Below are positions 13,070-27,050 of a stretch of DNA of 64,000 nt, in pieces. The stretch covers positions 3,348,001-3,412,000 of the forward strand of contig NC_089432.1 of assembly GCF_026210795.1 (NCBI RefSeq), read 5' to 3'. Source of the DNA: Rhizophagus irregularis. Lineage: Eukaryota. The notes under the pieces were generated by a model. It searched no databases and was not told the origin of the DNA. It saw nothing but the letters and a program-made list of their open reading frames with translations. Both the position numbers and the translations under genes were made by a program. How positions within the stretch are numbered: position 1 is the first letter of the stretch; each line of letters opens with the position of its first letter.

Positions 13070-15210
13070 ATTTCAATTGGATTGAAGAATCCATCTAAAA
13101 AACATATTAAATGTTATGATTTTAAAGAAACAGGTGCTGGAAGTTTATCTTGTCAATTTGCCGATTGGAAAAATTCGGAACAATGTTTAGCGTTGAAATC
13201 TTTTTCAATCTTGACAACATTGCAAGTTCACAAAGTTAATACAAAATGTTTATGAATAAAAAATCGTGTCATTGATTGGTTGAGTTCTCAGAAACGTTAT
13301 AAACTTACCCGCCAATAAAATTACGTATTGATCACGTGATAAACTTTTTATATATAAACTTTTTTTATTGAAATTTGAAAAAGTGACCCAATAATAAACG
13401 GGTGAAAAGAAACGCTCACGCTCAATCAACTCTACCTTCTCTCCATCGAATTCACACCTTTTTATTTTGGCGTTCGAAATCAACAGGACCGATACGATGT
13501 ATTATTAATTTACAATCTCAGAGGCCAAATGACCATTTTGTCCCTCGTTGGATCATCCTTATTACATCAAATTACTTGCATGCGGGTGGTTGGACATCAT
13601 TTATTCATGACTGTGAGAATAGGCAGTCTTTTTATAATTCTATTAGTCCTCATTTAGATTATTTTAACTTTTTTCTAAATTTTTTAATTTTCATTCGTAT
13701 GCTATTTCTTTTCTTTCGGCGTCTAGTGTGATTGGTTCGTGATCTGGCTTTGCCTAGGAATTTTTTTTAAATAGAGGCGTGGCGGTTCCTTTTTAGGGGG
13801 ATTGGACATACTCGCATTAGCTTAGCTTAGTTTCGTTTTATGTATAACTCGTTCTGCTAGCAGTTGTTTGTAGTCCCTGATCACTGTCTAAATAATAAAA
13901 ATGAAAAAATAAAAAAGTGGCCTGACCGGGTGAAGCGAACCGAAAAATCGAATTTGTGTGGCCTTATCGTGAGGTGGTACTTATTAGGCTTTTATGGGAT
14001 TACAACAACGGACCAGCAAGGTGCAAAGATAAATGTTAAAACAACGTATTATTACTTTAATAAATACTTTCTAATATTATCATTCGAAAATTCTAAATAA
14101 ACAAAAAATTTTTGCATTTAAATATTAAGGAATATAATTTTAATGATGCAATATTTGTGCAATTAAATTTTAGCTTACATTTTTTAGTAATGTGTTGGAT
14201 CCTATCAAATTAGTTGATTTTAGGTTATCAGGTTATCAAAAAGAATCGAAGAGGCATCTAAAAAGCAAACAGATTTATTTGAGATAGTTCCTTACATTTA
14301 TCCAAAAAAGTTTATTAATCAAAGAAACGGCGATAACTAAAAAAAAATCATATTCTTTAATGAAAAAAGCGATGTTTATGGCGTCGGTGTATTTTTATAG
14401 GGAATATCAAGCAGTAGTAGGCCACCTTTTGATACAGGTGATCGTATGATGGTAGATTGGTAGTTTAGCTATTCGAATTTTATTAGGCCTTCGAGAAACA
14501 ACAATTCCTGGTACTTCTGTTGATTATATAAAGCTTTATACTGGTAAGTAAATTATTATTTTAACGGTAATACTTATTTTATCACTCTGATTGATGCTTT
14601 ATATATTATTTAGAACGTTAGGACGGTGAACCTGCTAATAGACCATTCGTGCACGAAATTGTTAATACTAGGTTAACAATTATTTTATAATCGAATATAA
14701 CAAATTATTATCAACAATGAAGGTAGAAGTTCTTATGAGATTAGCAATCAAATAGCAAATGAAAATGAACACGCAAACGGAGTAATGATGTTAGGATATT
14801 ACTATTTTAGTGAATTGATAAACAAAAAGCGTTGAGAATTGTATCAAATAGCTGCAAATTGAAGAAATAATGCAATCCAACACGATCTTGCTCTCATGTA
14901 TGAAAATGGAGAGAGCGTTGGTAAAGAATTAATAAAGTTTTTTATTTTAGAAGTCGACCGAAGGAGGTTACTCTAATAGCCCTATAAAACAATTTTTCAG
15001 AAAATGATCACGTGTCTGAGTTTCTTCAGAATAAAAACTAGAAAAATGATCATTTATCGGAGTTTTTTCCAGAATTTTTTTATAGGGATGGAATAACAAG
15101 ATTGGGACATTATTATAATGGTATCGGAACTAACATTAATGAACAAATAGCATTCGAATTATATCTGAAGGCGGAAATGTGATAGCTCAATACAATCCAG
15201 CTCTTATTGT
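13070..15210 (+). pseudogene. Degraded kinase-Sel1 paralog
   Basis: Fragments in the correct order: NWIEE/KKHIKCY/WKNSEQCLALKSF (13.07-13.24 kb), FYGITTTDQQ (about 13990), IKLVDF with a duplicated AGGTTATC (about 14210), [20 protein letters not shown] (about 14620), and Sel1 pieces at 14780-15210. Many stops, frameshifts and a MITE insertion. Confidence 0.85.
14980..15087. mobile_element. MITE (CCCTATAAAA family) inserted in a Sel1 repeat of the pseudogene
   Basis: CCCTATAAAACAATTTTTCAGAAAATGATCACGTGTCTGA...TTTTTTTATAGGG; the interior is highly similar to 26745-26831. The flanks read EGGYSN / GITRLG. Confidence 0.8.
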
Positions 15211-15779
15211 CCGAGGCGTAAGCGTAGGGCACTATGCGTTTAAATACCAATCATATTCTAGATTTCTAGTATTTCGTGTGATTTGTGAAAGATATAATAA
15301 TTCTGTTGAATATGGGACATCAAAATTAAAAAAAAATAAGAAGGCTTACTCTAAGATATTTAAGCTAATATTTAAAAAGTTTGAAGCATATCGGACAAAT
15401 GTGTTAGCCTTTGGGCCTGGTCCTGACTCCGACTCCTAAATTAATTGTTTATAAAATAAATTAAAATTATTAATTTTTTCTTTTTTTAAAAAAAAAAGAA
15501 ATGGAAATTAACGATAAAAAAAAAGAAAATATACTCAGCTTCAATTTTATATTTATGACGCTAGGTTCTTACATACAGTATATTAAAAATAATAATAAAC
15601 TATCTTTGTACTGTACGAACATGACTTTGTACGAAAGAAAATTTTATTTTACATTGTAATTTGATATTGTGCTATAATAATTTCATATTGTTTTTAGAAT
15701 CTTAATAATTCAATTTCCATTTTCAAATTACTCACGAATATATTTAGTTATTTAACTTAATGATTGATCTAACTTCAAA

Positions 15780-16500
15780 TCCTTCAATATTATTGGATTA
15801 ACAAGCGCTCGAATTATTTTGGAAAGATATTCCATACGCGTTTCTAAAAGAGTATCATTATTCAGCAATAAAATTTTTTTAGGTATATGTCTTTTTCTAT
15901 ACATCCGAAAATAATCAACGTGGAATTCAAGAAGGCAAGGCCTACATTATTTCAATATCTGCCGATGGGAATGGACCATGCACAGATATTAAATATTACT
16001 TATCTAAACGTCCACATTTAGCTAATGATAACTTTTATTTGCAATCTAATCCATCTTGGATAGGAAATGTTTGGCACAGAACTGCCCTCGTAGGAATAAA
16101 TAGATTGAGTAAATTTATAACGTGAAACTCAGAGTATTAAGCTGTTGATCTTCATTGATTGTTTATAAGCTCGCACACCTTGAACACTTTTATGACCAGT
16201 GAGTTGCATAATTGAATGTTCAGGAACTTTTTCATCATATAAAACTTGGTTAGCAGATTTACATCCAGAATGATTAGAAAATAGTTCAACAGGAATATCA
16301 ATTTAAGTACATTAATTATAAATTATTGTCTTCTAAACAAAATAATCTATCCTTACATGATAATTCAATTAATAATAATATTGGACATATAAAATTACGT
16401 ACTCCTCTTCAAGAAATTTCTTTATCCTTAAATTCTTTAGAAATGAAATACCTGTATTTCAAAATTGTACATGTTTAAATGTTTCTTTCTACCATATAAA
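15780..16500 (+). pseudogene. Relic of a Crypton-like / DUF3504-type tyrosine recombinase gene
   Basis: Broken frames give FYTSENNQRGIQEG, GPCTDIKYYLSKRP, FYLQSNPSWIGNVWHRTALVGINRLSKF and a C-terminal VFQNCT motif. This resembles DUF3504 proteins; recognised by eye, not by search. Confidence 0.55.
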
Positions 16501-16869
16501 AAAAATTAATAAGTTCTTTATATAATAGTTAGTTGAAATGATATCGGAAAAATACATAATTCAGTACCACTAAAAATAAGATTTGTATACGGAATTTGTA
16601 CGGATTCATATGGAATTTACAAGATTTAAATAAAAAGTAACCCAAAATACATAAAGTTCATCCCCTATCAAAACCGCATATTGCGACAAAGACAAAAACA
16701 AACTTTAAGTTTCTTAAAGAAATATCAGTAGAAGTACTAGTATCCAAAGTCTCCAGAAGTAATCCTAAGAAATAATCTACTAATCCTTCAAATAAGTATG
16801 TTTCTTTAACTCATTTAGACCAGCACATTCCCTATTTACCTATAAGTTAAGGTTCCGTCCAAGTTTTTT

Positions 16870-18740
16870 GGAGTCAGACAACCTAAAAAACAAAAAAAAA
16901 CAAAAAAAACGTAAGAACGTTTCTTTAACTCAATTGGAAATCAAAACTTCCCATATAGTACCTGCAATCGTTCAAGTCTCCAAGGGTCAGCATTCGTGCA
17001 AAAAGAAATCCTGGCAACCTACAAAAAAGAAAGAGAATTCCAGAACGTCCGACTTACAAAAAAAAAAGAAATCCTAAGACCTGAATCAACCTACAAAAAA
17101 ATAGAAAATCTGAACTGATCTACAAAAAAGAAAAAAAAAGACCCCCGAAAAAAGAAAAAAATCTGGCCTACAAAATAAAAAAAGGATAAATATAAATAAA
17201 AAGAGTAGCGTGTGGGAATTGGGGAATAACAGAATAAATCAAAAAAAGATTTCTTTTAAAAAAAGGTGAAGACGTTAGGAATAATAAAAATTTTTCTTTA
17301 AAGGGAAGTAACGAAGAAAGAGAAAATTTTTTTTAAAAAAAAAACGAAAAGTGATAGGAGGTAAAAAGGTGTGATGGGAGACGAAAGAAGTGATGGAAGA
17401 TGAAGAGGAGTGATGAGAGACGAAAAGAAGTGATGGGAGATAAAGAGGAGTGATGGGAGACAAAAAGGAGTGATGAGAGACAAAAAGAAATGATGGGAAG
17501 TAAACAGGAGAAAAAAAGAGATAATGGAAAATGAAAGATATAAAAAATAATGGGAGACGAAGATGGAATAATGAGAAGTAATACAAAAAAAATAAAAAAA
17601 TGATCATGATAGGAGGTTGGGTAATGATAGGAAACCAAGTAAAAAATAAAACCATAAAGTAAAAAACAAAAATGAAGTTAATAAGAAACGAAATAAAAAA
17701 ATAAATAAATAAATGAGTAAGAAACGAAACGTAAAGTGAAAAACAACTGAACCTTAATTGCAGAACCGGAAGGACTAAAGGACCTAAAAATAATGAAATA
17801 GAGTAGTAAGAAACAAAGTGTAAGCAGAATGTAAGTTAGAAATAAAAATAAAAGAAAAGAAAAATACCTTGAGACTGAGGAAACGAACCTTTACTGAAAA
17901 CGAGATTCGATGAATCATGTGGCCAATCTGGCCAATCAAAAATATTAAATCTGTCACGTGATCGAAGACCTCGATGTTTATTAGAGATAAAATTTATAAA
18001 TTAAAAAAGTATGCTAATATAAATCAAAAAGAATACCATTAATTAAATTAATTAAAGATAAAAAAAGAAAATATAGTAGAAATTCTTTATTAAAAAAAAA
18101 ATTTCAAGCCAAAATTCTCAATACTCTTATTTAAAAAAATTGTTTTCAATAAAATTTTCTATTAAAGGACTTTTAAACGAAATTCTCCATAAAAAAAAGA
18201 CTCACTTATAAAAAAACCTTTCAACCAACAAAATTGTCAAAAGAAATACCTCAATTAAAGAAAAATTTTCTAATGAAATTCTTATCAAAAAAGAATATCC
18301 CCTATTAAAGAAAAATTTCCAATAGAAATCCTCCATCAAAAAACATTTTCCCTATTAAAAAAAATTCTTACCTATTAAAAAAATTCTCAAAAGAATTACT
18401 ATATCAAAAAAACTTCCCTCCTATTAGTATAAATGTATAACAAACAATAATTATTTTCTTTATTAAAAAAAATTCTTTACCGAAATTCTATATCAAAAAA
18501 AAATCTCCCCCGTTAAAAAATTTCTAAAGAAATAATCTATCTCCACCAAGTTATATTTTCACCTAGTATTAAAAAAAATTCTCAAAAGAAATTCTTTATC
18601 AAAAAAAAAAGCTCCCTATTATTAAAAAATAATTCTTTAATGAAATACTTTATCAAAAAAAAAAAAATCTCCCCGTTAAAAAATTTTCTAACAAAATTAT
18701 CTATTAAAAAAATCCTTCCCTACTAAAAAATTCTCTAATG
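16870..18740. repeat. Purine-rich low-complexity region and degenerate tandem repeats
   Basis: GATG(G/A)GAGAC(G/A)AAAG(A/G)AGT units at about 17370-17500; AAAAAATTCT..CCCTATT units at about 18100-18740. The ORFs here are low-complexity artefacts. Confidence 0.7.
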
Positions 18741-19464
18741 ATTTTTTTGCATATTACTAAATATTTTTTTTATTAAATTTAATATATAATTCTTTTTTGT
18801 TATTTTTTTTCGTGTTTGAAAAGGTGATATTATCAAAGTCGTGATATGTTTTAAACCCCGTAAGACGAATCCAAAGTCACTTGTTATGTTGATCGACATG
18901 AAAAACAACAAGTGACTTGTTGTTTTTACAACATGCCTTTGAATTGTACAACAATGCTCATGAAAATATGACCAAATTAAGAAGCAGCAAATAAAGTTCA
19001 AATAAATTGCTGCGCCACAATATTTACACATGTGATGAATCTGCGTAAACAAGTAAGTTTACATGAATTTACAGCGAACCAATCATATTATATAGCCTGA
19101 AATGGAAATACAAAGGTTTGTTTCACTGACATTAGGTAATTGACTTTGCTTGTAACTCTTTTTCTTATTGTTATAATTATCAGGCCCTTTCCATTTTAGT
19201 TATATTGACAGAGTCCTGATCTGCGAATTCTTGGAACGCCTTTTTTATTTTTGTATTACCATCCGGAAAAAGATTTAAAATATTTCTCTTTTCTCGCACA
19301 CTGTTACACTTCGCTGAAAAAAATTTTTTATTTTTATTTTTTATTTACTCAAAATTTTTTTTTCTTTTTGAGAAATAATAATATTTTTTACCATTTTTTT
19401 TTAAAAAAAAATCCATATTACATATAAATTTTTTTAATATTAAAATTTTTTAAAAAGACTTGAA

Positions 19465-21472
19465 ATGCAAGCTAATAATTCGATTAATTGGATTGAAGAA
19501 TCTATTTCCAAAAATCATATTAAATATTATGAATATAAATATTTTAATAATATTCAGGAAATTGGTACTGGTTGTTTCGGAAAGGTTTATCGTGCCAATT
19601 GGAAAAATTCAGAACAATATTTAGCGTTGAAATCCTTTTTTAATCTTGATAATATCACTATTAAGGAACTTATTCATGAGGTGACTATAAAAAATATAAT
19701 ATATAATATTTTTAGCTTTACTTAAATTTTTTTTCATATTAGCTTGAACTTCATCGGGATGTTGACTTTCATGATAACGTAATACGATTTTATGGAATAA
19801 CAGAAGGTACACATTTTAAGCATGTGCAAAATTGACCTTTTTTTTAAAATAATGAAATAGTTAACAATTTACATAATATAAATTTAGATCGAAATTATAA
19901 AATGATGAAGAACTATTTATTAGTAATGGAATACGCTAACGGTGGTAGTCTTCGGAGCTATTTGAAGAAAAATTTTAGTAAACTTACTTGGAATGATAAA
20001 TATAACCTTGCATACCAGCTAGCTTGCGCCGTATCATGCTTACATGACGAAGGAATTATACATCGTGATTTGGTATTTTATTATTTAATTATTGTTTTGC
20101 TAATTATATCATATATTATTTACATAATAATTCATATTATACGTTTTTTTAAAAAAAATAAATTAGCACTCTGGCAATGTGTTGATTCATCAAAATACTA
20201 TAAAATTAGCAGATTTTGGTTTGTCGAAGAGAATTGAAACATTATCCAAAAATCAATCAAGTTTATTTGGTATAGTCCCTTATATTGATCCAAAAAAATT
20301 TAATAATTTACCGTACTCATTAAATGAAAAAAGCGATATTTACAGTGTTGGTGTATTATTATGGGAAATATCGAGTGGTCAAATCCCTTTTCATAATATT
20401 GAATATGATGTTATATTGGCATTACGAATTTTAAATGGATTTAGAGAAACACCAATTTCTAATACACCCGATGATTATGTGAATATTTATACTGGTAAAT
20501 TGAATGAATTATTTAATTTTCATGAATTTTATCGTTTTGATTAAATTATAGATAATGATTTTTATTTTTTTATTAATAGCATGTTGGAATAGTGAACCAG
20601 AAGATCGACCAACGATAATTGAAGTAATTCAAAAATTAAAATCTGTCATTCCAAAATCAAATATGTTGACTATTAGTAATACATCTAGACAAATATTAAA
20701 TGAAAACTCAACATTGTATAGTATTAATTATTCATCAAATGGATCATCACAGATTATTCGAGATTTGGAAATGAGGAATACAGAATCAACAAAGATTAGT
20801 GAAGAACTTACATTTAAAAGAAAAATAATTGATGAAATTGTTAATCTTATATTCAAGGAAATTGATAAAGAAAAAAATCAAGAAATAGGAATACATATTC
20901 TTAACAATCTTAATAATGGGATTAAATTACCAGAAATTTATGATTGGTTGTCGATTAATCAAAATGAGCCAAATTTCATTTTTTTACTTGGATATTTTAA
21001 TTATTATGGAATAGTAACTGGTGAAAATAAAAAAGAAGCTTTTAATTTATTTAAAAATGCTTCTGAAAAAAATCATATATTAGCATATTATTATGTAGGT
21101 TTATGTTATGAATCTGGTAATGGAACTGTAAAGAATAAGAAGTTAGCTTTTGAATATTTTAAAAAAATAGCTGATAAAAATTATGCATTAGGACAATTAA
21201 AAGTAGGGTATTTTTATTATAAAGGAATAAGTATTAAAAAGAATTTAAAAGAAGCTTTTAATTGGTACGAAAAGGCTGCAAATAATGGAAATTTAACAGC
21301 CATGTGTAATCTTGGATTTATGTATAGATCTGGTGAAGGTACTAATAAAGACATTAACAAAGCAATTTATTGGTATAAGGAATCTGCTGAAAAAGGTAAT
21401 CAGGACGCTCAAAAATCTTTAGAGAAACTTAGTAAACTTAAAAGTAGGAAAAATTTATGTAAGCTTAATTAA
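19465..21472 (+). CDS. Kinase-Sel1 repeat gene g5 (5 exons, ends CKLN)
   Basis: Motifs GTGCFGKV, ALK, HRDL|HSGNVL, ADFG, YIDPK, CWNSEPEDRP; conserved introns; Sel1 repeats in the last exon. Confidence 0.9.
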
Positions 21473-22053
21473 AAATTAGTAATAAAAAAGAGGCTTTTCA
21501 ATTTTGTAATTAACTCGATAAACTGATAACCCATTTCTAAATGATACATAATTGAAAGTGAGGTTAAAATAATTCCATTTTCAGATAAAATATCTTTCGA
21601 TTTATTTGGAATCTAAAGCATTTGCACTGAAATCTAATCAAAACGATTATGTTGCATTAATACAAAATAAAATCATAGTTATGGGAAATGTCTAAATAGG
21701 GTATAAGTCATATAATGAATATATGATCTTTTGGTTTTGTTTTACCGAAATTAACCATTATAAATTTACAGATAATATTAAATTTACTGACAAATGCTAT
21801 TAAACTATATATTTAGGGGAAAAAAAGGCTATGTAAATTAAGCCCCTTATATCCGTAAGCAGAAGTAACTAATAAAGTTCAAGAAAATTATCATCAATGT
21901 TATTTAATGTTGGCTAATGTTATATTATTCCTTATATTGCTATATGGAATGTAGAACTCAAAACGGTGCTTGAAATTTAGGACTGTTAATAGTTCATGTT
22001 GCGCCAATCATTCAACACCTACCATAATATTGAATACTCCATGCCTAATACTC

Positions 22054-22496
22054 TAGCCATCATGTTCATTTCCGGTCGGTTGTATTTTTCGGTTTTTTTC
22101 GGTTGGTCTGTATTGCACCAATGGGATTGTTTATTTGTGGTCGCCTCAAAAACCTAGAAAAATATTGGTCTAAAAGGTCCGATCAGTCGCATTTTTCGGT
22201 CAGATTTAAGTTAATTTTGATTGGGCTGATCAGTTTGTACAACGCAACCATTTTTGAACTTTTAGCCCAATTTTTTTTGGGTTTTTTTGTCAAACGCCAA
22301 AAAATAACCAACCAAAATTATATAATTTCTGTTTAAGAAAAAAAGAAAAATATATATATCAATATAAGGAGTTCGAACTAAATTTCAATCTAAAGCAGTT
22401 TAATTTGCGATTGAAAATAAAAAAATTTTATTGGATAATTTTTGTACAACAAAATCTGACCGAAAAAATGCAACCGACTGGAAATGAACAGGGCTA
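22054..22496. mobile_element. Degenerate TIR element (about 440 bp)
   Basis: TGTTCATTTCCGGTCGGTTGTATTTTT near 22062 is inverted as AAAAATGCAACCGACTGGAAATGAACAGGGCTA ending at 22496; no TSD seen. Confidence 0.6.
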
Positions 22497-22551
22497 ATGA
22501 CGCTATGTGGTTTGATGGTATCTTAATCATTGGTTGTATCATCAGGAAATT

Positions 22552-22704
22552 AATCGTAAAAAAGTTAATATGATGCATTTCGCCATTAATCCAATAATAT
22601 CTCAAAGTATCATATTATTGAGATACCAATCGTAAAAAAATTTAATATGATGCATTTCGCCATTAATCCAGCAATTATCTCAAAGTATCATATTATTGAG
22701 ATAA
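22552..22704. repeat. Tandem duplication of about 76 bp
   Basis: AATCGTAAAAAA..TTAATATGATGCATTTCGCCATTAATCCA..TATCTCAAAGTATCATATTATTGAGATA occurs at 22552 and at 22628. Confidence 0.9.
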
Positions 22705-25289
22705 TTTATGAATTTTCAACAGGATATAAGCCATAGCTATTCGATGGACACTCTAGAACTTCTGAAAACTTCTTTAGAGAAAGGGTGGCAGACTGATTAA
22801 TATGCATAAGATTTTTGTCTTATGTGGAAACACCAAGTAATGACCACAGCATGTATACAAAAATCTCTGCATAAATTCAGTTCTTATGATTTAAACAAAA
22901 CAAACCTTCTTTTTCCTTTCATACATAAACCATTTCATGTAAAGATGGTCTCCTCAGCTCAGGACTTATGGTCTTTTCAGTCTTAAGACCGAAAAGACTG
23001 GACCAAAAAGACTGCAAACTCTTATAGTAGGACTGAGTAGGACCATTGACCATCTTTAATTTCATGGCATTCCTAAAAAGAGTTAAAAGGTTATTTCATA
23101 TGCCCACTCCATATGTTTTTACTTGTATGCTTGGAAAGTTTTTTTTATATAATCAACACTTAAAAGATGCCTTTCAATTGCTTATATTATTCAAATTTCT
23201 TGCTAAAGTTCTTGTCGAAAGGGGGTGCATCATGTCTTACATATTGAATATATGGGATATGGGATGCACTTACAATAATTTTTTTTTAGGTCTTCTATTT
23301 TTTTGACTCTATTTATTTATTTATTTATTTTATTTTTTGGTTTATTTTTTTATTAAATCAAACTTTTTTTAATCTCGAATGATATTTTGACCATCAATTA
23401 TAAAAATAAATAATATAATTATATTATATTAAAAATTAAACCCATTAAAATCATATATCTTCTTTTGATTTTCTATACTACTTCTGTCCATTCTTTTTCT
23501 CGTTTATTACTTTTATTTCCCGTTTAAATCTTTAGGAAATCGTTGTTCATATTCTAATTTAATCGTTAAATGCTTTTTCATAATTTTTCCTACTCTTCTT
23601 TTAAATTTTAATAATTTAAGAAAATAATATCTTCCATTTCTTCACTTTGTAGGTACCACAAAAATCCTTAGATGTCTCATTAAACGATTTTTTAGAAGCA
23701 TTTTCAAAATCTTGACTTTTAGCTTCTATAGCTTTATTTCTATAATTTAATCACGCAACCACTTGCTTTCATAAAACTTGGATCATCCAAATCAATCGCT
23801 CCGTCCTTTTCTTTCTTTCTGAAACAATCATATTTACTACCACATTTATTCTGTCTCATTATTATTGACCGTCAACCTGTTGCATCCGCTATATCATCAT
23901 AAGCGGGTTGAAATTTCTCTATGTTCGGGTTGCTTAAATTTTTTCAACAACTTCTTTCCTATCTAAAACCTTAATTAATAAATCTTCATAATCAATCGTT
24001 AGCAAAGGATACAGCTAAAATAACATCATCATTATTTAAGTTGAAGTTACGTGATTTAGACCGTTTGATTTTTTCATTTCATCTACTATAATATTCACTT
24101 CGTCTTTGTGTCTGTTTTGTGAAAGAAATTTATGATGGGATTTACAATCATTTTTTTTTTCAGTTTTTATAAAAGCCGCTTTGTATTTTTTTGAAAATAT
24201 ATTGATTTCTTCCTTTGTCTCTATTGAATTAGCCTCTTCCGAAAATCTCTGCCAACTCCATTGATCCTTGCATTACGATCTTTTTACGGTTGAATTGTCT
24301 TCATACCATCCTATTTGCCAATTACCTAGATCTGTACTGAAGGTTCCTTTTTACAGTCCTTTCTCTTATTATCATTTAATAATGCTATCTTCGCTTTCAC
24401 TATCTGATATCTATACCGTCTAGCACTGCATATAGTATCCCCTTTTGAGCGCACCCCATTTTATAAGACCCGAGTATTTTACTAGGTACCTTGTTTAGTG
24501 GCCCCTTAATTCTGGTAACAAGTTTAGGATATAAAATATCGTTCTAACAAAATACCCCGGTATAATTCAATTTTTGAATCAGGTTTTTTGTCTAGATGGT
24601 AAATCTTGATTTGATTGTGTCTAACTAATATCTTCCTTTACCTTTTATATTATATCTTGCTTGCCGGTGATTCGCGTGATTTATCCGCAGAAACTTATGG
24701 CAATCTCGTGTTTCGAATTTTTTCTTTTCGTCTGTTTATTTCTGATCTATGAATTACTAACCGAATTTAGCTTTTTTTGATTGATCTTACTTCTTTTGAT
24801 AATCTCCTTATTTTATCATTTTTTCTAAAATATGATTCGTTCTTTATTTTGAGGTTATGTTCCTTGATACCACCACCTGCACCTGCCTAGGCTATCTTTT
24901 CGTTCACTTGCAATAATAGTTCAATTATTTCGACTTTCAACTTTGCTGCTTCATTTATATTAGTGAAAAAACGAGATAATTTTGGGTTTTCACAAAAAAC
25001 CTATCTACTTTCCTAATGAACGGCGACCTTGATAATTTAAATATATTTGTAAAGCAATATCGTCTTCTTCATAAAATTTGTTACTAAACTCGTCCCGCTT
25101 GGTAAAGCCTCCTACTTTTTTTAATAAAATTAATGAGTTATAGGCCTCATATTGAAATTTTCGCCCGAAAAGGCCTCAAACATAGCCACAAATGTATGGT
25201 ACAAATTTAGCGAAGTGGATCATTTTCTGTCACATGACAATTTTCTCATTTTTACTGCTATTGTTTTACATATATATAATAAAGTGTGC

Positions 25290-27050
25290 TACATATAGTG
25301 ATGAAAATACTAACAAACTGAAGTTAAAACATTTATGGAAGGAGCTGACATGTCAAGTTGGAAGAAGTAGTAGAGGTAAAATTCCAGAATGGTTTGAAAA
25401 AGCTTAAATACAAGAGAAGTATAACTAAGAAATTAACACTACATCAGTAGCAAATGGGATAGACTGGAAACAGTAATTGATCAAGAGATATTAAAAGATT
25501 TGCTTATAATAGATAAACGGTTTTAATTAGATAGATAAGTTAATTAAGAAAGGGGAGTTAGGAAAGAAAAAGTTGAAAGATAATTATCTAAAATTAAAAA
25601 GAGAAGTAGAGCATTTAGATGCTTGTTAAAGATGCAGCTAAATAGATGATGGGACGGTATTGGTTGGGTAGTATTTAACGATCAAGATAATTTATTAGAT
25701 AAAGGATATACTGTATATATAGGAATAGAAAATAATTTGTGTCTTAGAATTAGAATTAGTTGCGTTAGTTAAAATAGGTGATAATAGCACAGTAATGATA
25801 ATTTGGCGGTTTATCAATTGTGAGATAAATTATTTTGTAAAAATGTAGGTAGTACAAGAATTTTTCTACGGAAGAATGTATTTCAATTTCCGTGCGATTC
25901 TAATATTAGGGTTAACGTGATTAATGTTGAAGCGCATTTTAATGGAAATGGTTGATAGTTTGGCAAAATGTCAATATACGAGACCAATAAGAATCTTAGC
26001 GTAAACCCTAAGTAATACTTTGGAATTTGGTTTGATCTGGCATAAGAAATTAATAACTAAATGTCCATTAGAAATTTATAAAGAACTGAATCAAAACAAT
26101 ATGGTTAGCGCTAAACCTCAATAAGCAATATAGAATGAATCTGGAAATGGTAGAAATGATTGGAATACATCATACGGGATTATTATGAAAGAATTTAATC
26201 ATGACATATCCTTCAAAAATAATGATTTAAAGTTTGAAATTTGCCTACTATTGGAGTTATGCAATCCTGAAATATATGCGTCGGGTAGATGTATTCGTTG
26301 TGGCCATTGCATAGAAACTTGGACGCATATATGGATTTGTGAAAATTATTCATCAGGAAATTTTTTTAGGCGTAACCATGCGACCAGGGTGTAAACTTAC
26401 GTAAATTTGTGTAAATATATGAAAAGTTCGTGGACTTGTGCTTAATCTCAAGTAAGTAAAGTTTAACATTTAACGATCCCTTTATCCCTTTAATAACTTC
26501 ATGAAATACCCTTCCGTTGAAAATAACTTTAGATCTATCATTTAATATAAAAAAAGATTTCAAACTTCAGTTTAGATATTTCCAACGCTTGATTAACATC
26601 CGGAAATTAACTTAGATGTAAGAATTCGTACAGATAAAATATTCAAAGAGACCATTAAATCCTTCGTGAATAATACAAAGATTAAGTAAACAATATATTT
26701 GGGATATTAGATGTAAAGGAGTCATTGATTGGGAAAGAAAACATCCCTATAAAAATTTTTCAGAAAAATGATTACGTGTCTGAATTTCTTCGAATAAAAA
26801 CACAGTTTTTTCCGGAATTTTTTTTATAGGGCATGGCATCGCGAAACAAATGAAACGACTAAGTAGAAGGGATTATACACTCATTCCATCATATAGTTAG
26901 TAAAAAAGCTAAAGAAAGATTCGTTCTTGTATCATAGAAAGATGGATTGGTCGTCAAAATGAATATATTAGTAAATTGTAATATAGTCAAGATTTGTCAG
27001 ATTTAATAATGGTGTAGTTTATGTAGAACCTAATTATTCTAGGAATTTTT
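25290..27050 (+). mobile_element. Decayed non-LTR (LINE) retrotransposon 3' part: RNase H and zinc-finger region
   Basis: Frameshifted motifs: GRSSRGKIPEWF, G-IGWV, ELELVA, NVEAH..MVDSLAK (RNase H-like), CIRCGHCIETWTHIWICE (zf-RVT-like) and WDIRCKGVIDWERKHGI. Confidence 0.7.
26745..26831. mobile_element. 87-bp MITE (CCCTATAAAA family) with 3-bp TSD CAT
   Basis: CAT flanks both ends; removing the element restores DWERKHGIAKQMKR of the LINE relic. Confidence 0.85.

Noticed and set aside
17275..17655. Overlapping hydrophobic ORFs on the minus strand
   Set aside because: Low-complexity purine/pyrimidine-skewed repeat that is open in several frames.
22366..22382. tRNA T-loop-like GGAGTTCGAAC
   Set aside because: No cloverleaf or A-box context; it lies inside a TIR element.
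23450..25100. Possible retroelement ORF1/Gag relic on the minus strand (zinc-knuckle-like NKCGSKYDCF near 23830-23855)
   Set aside because: Too degraded to support a call by eye.
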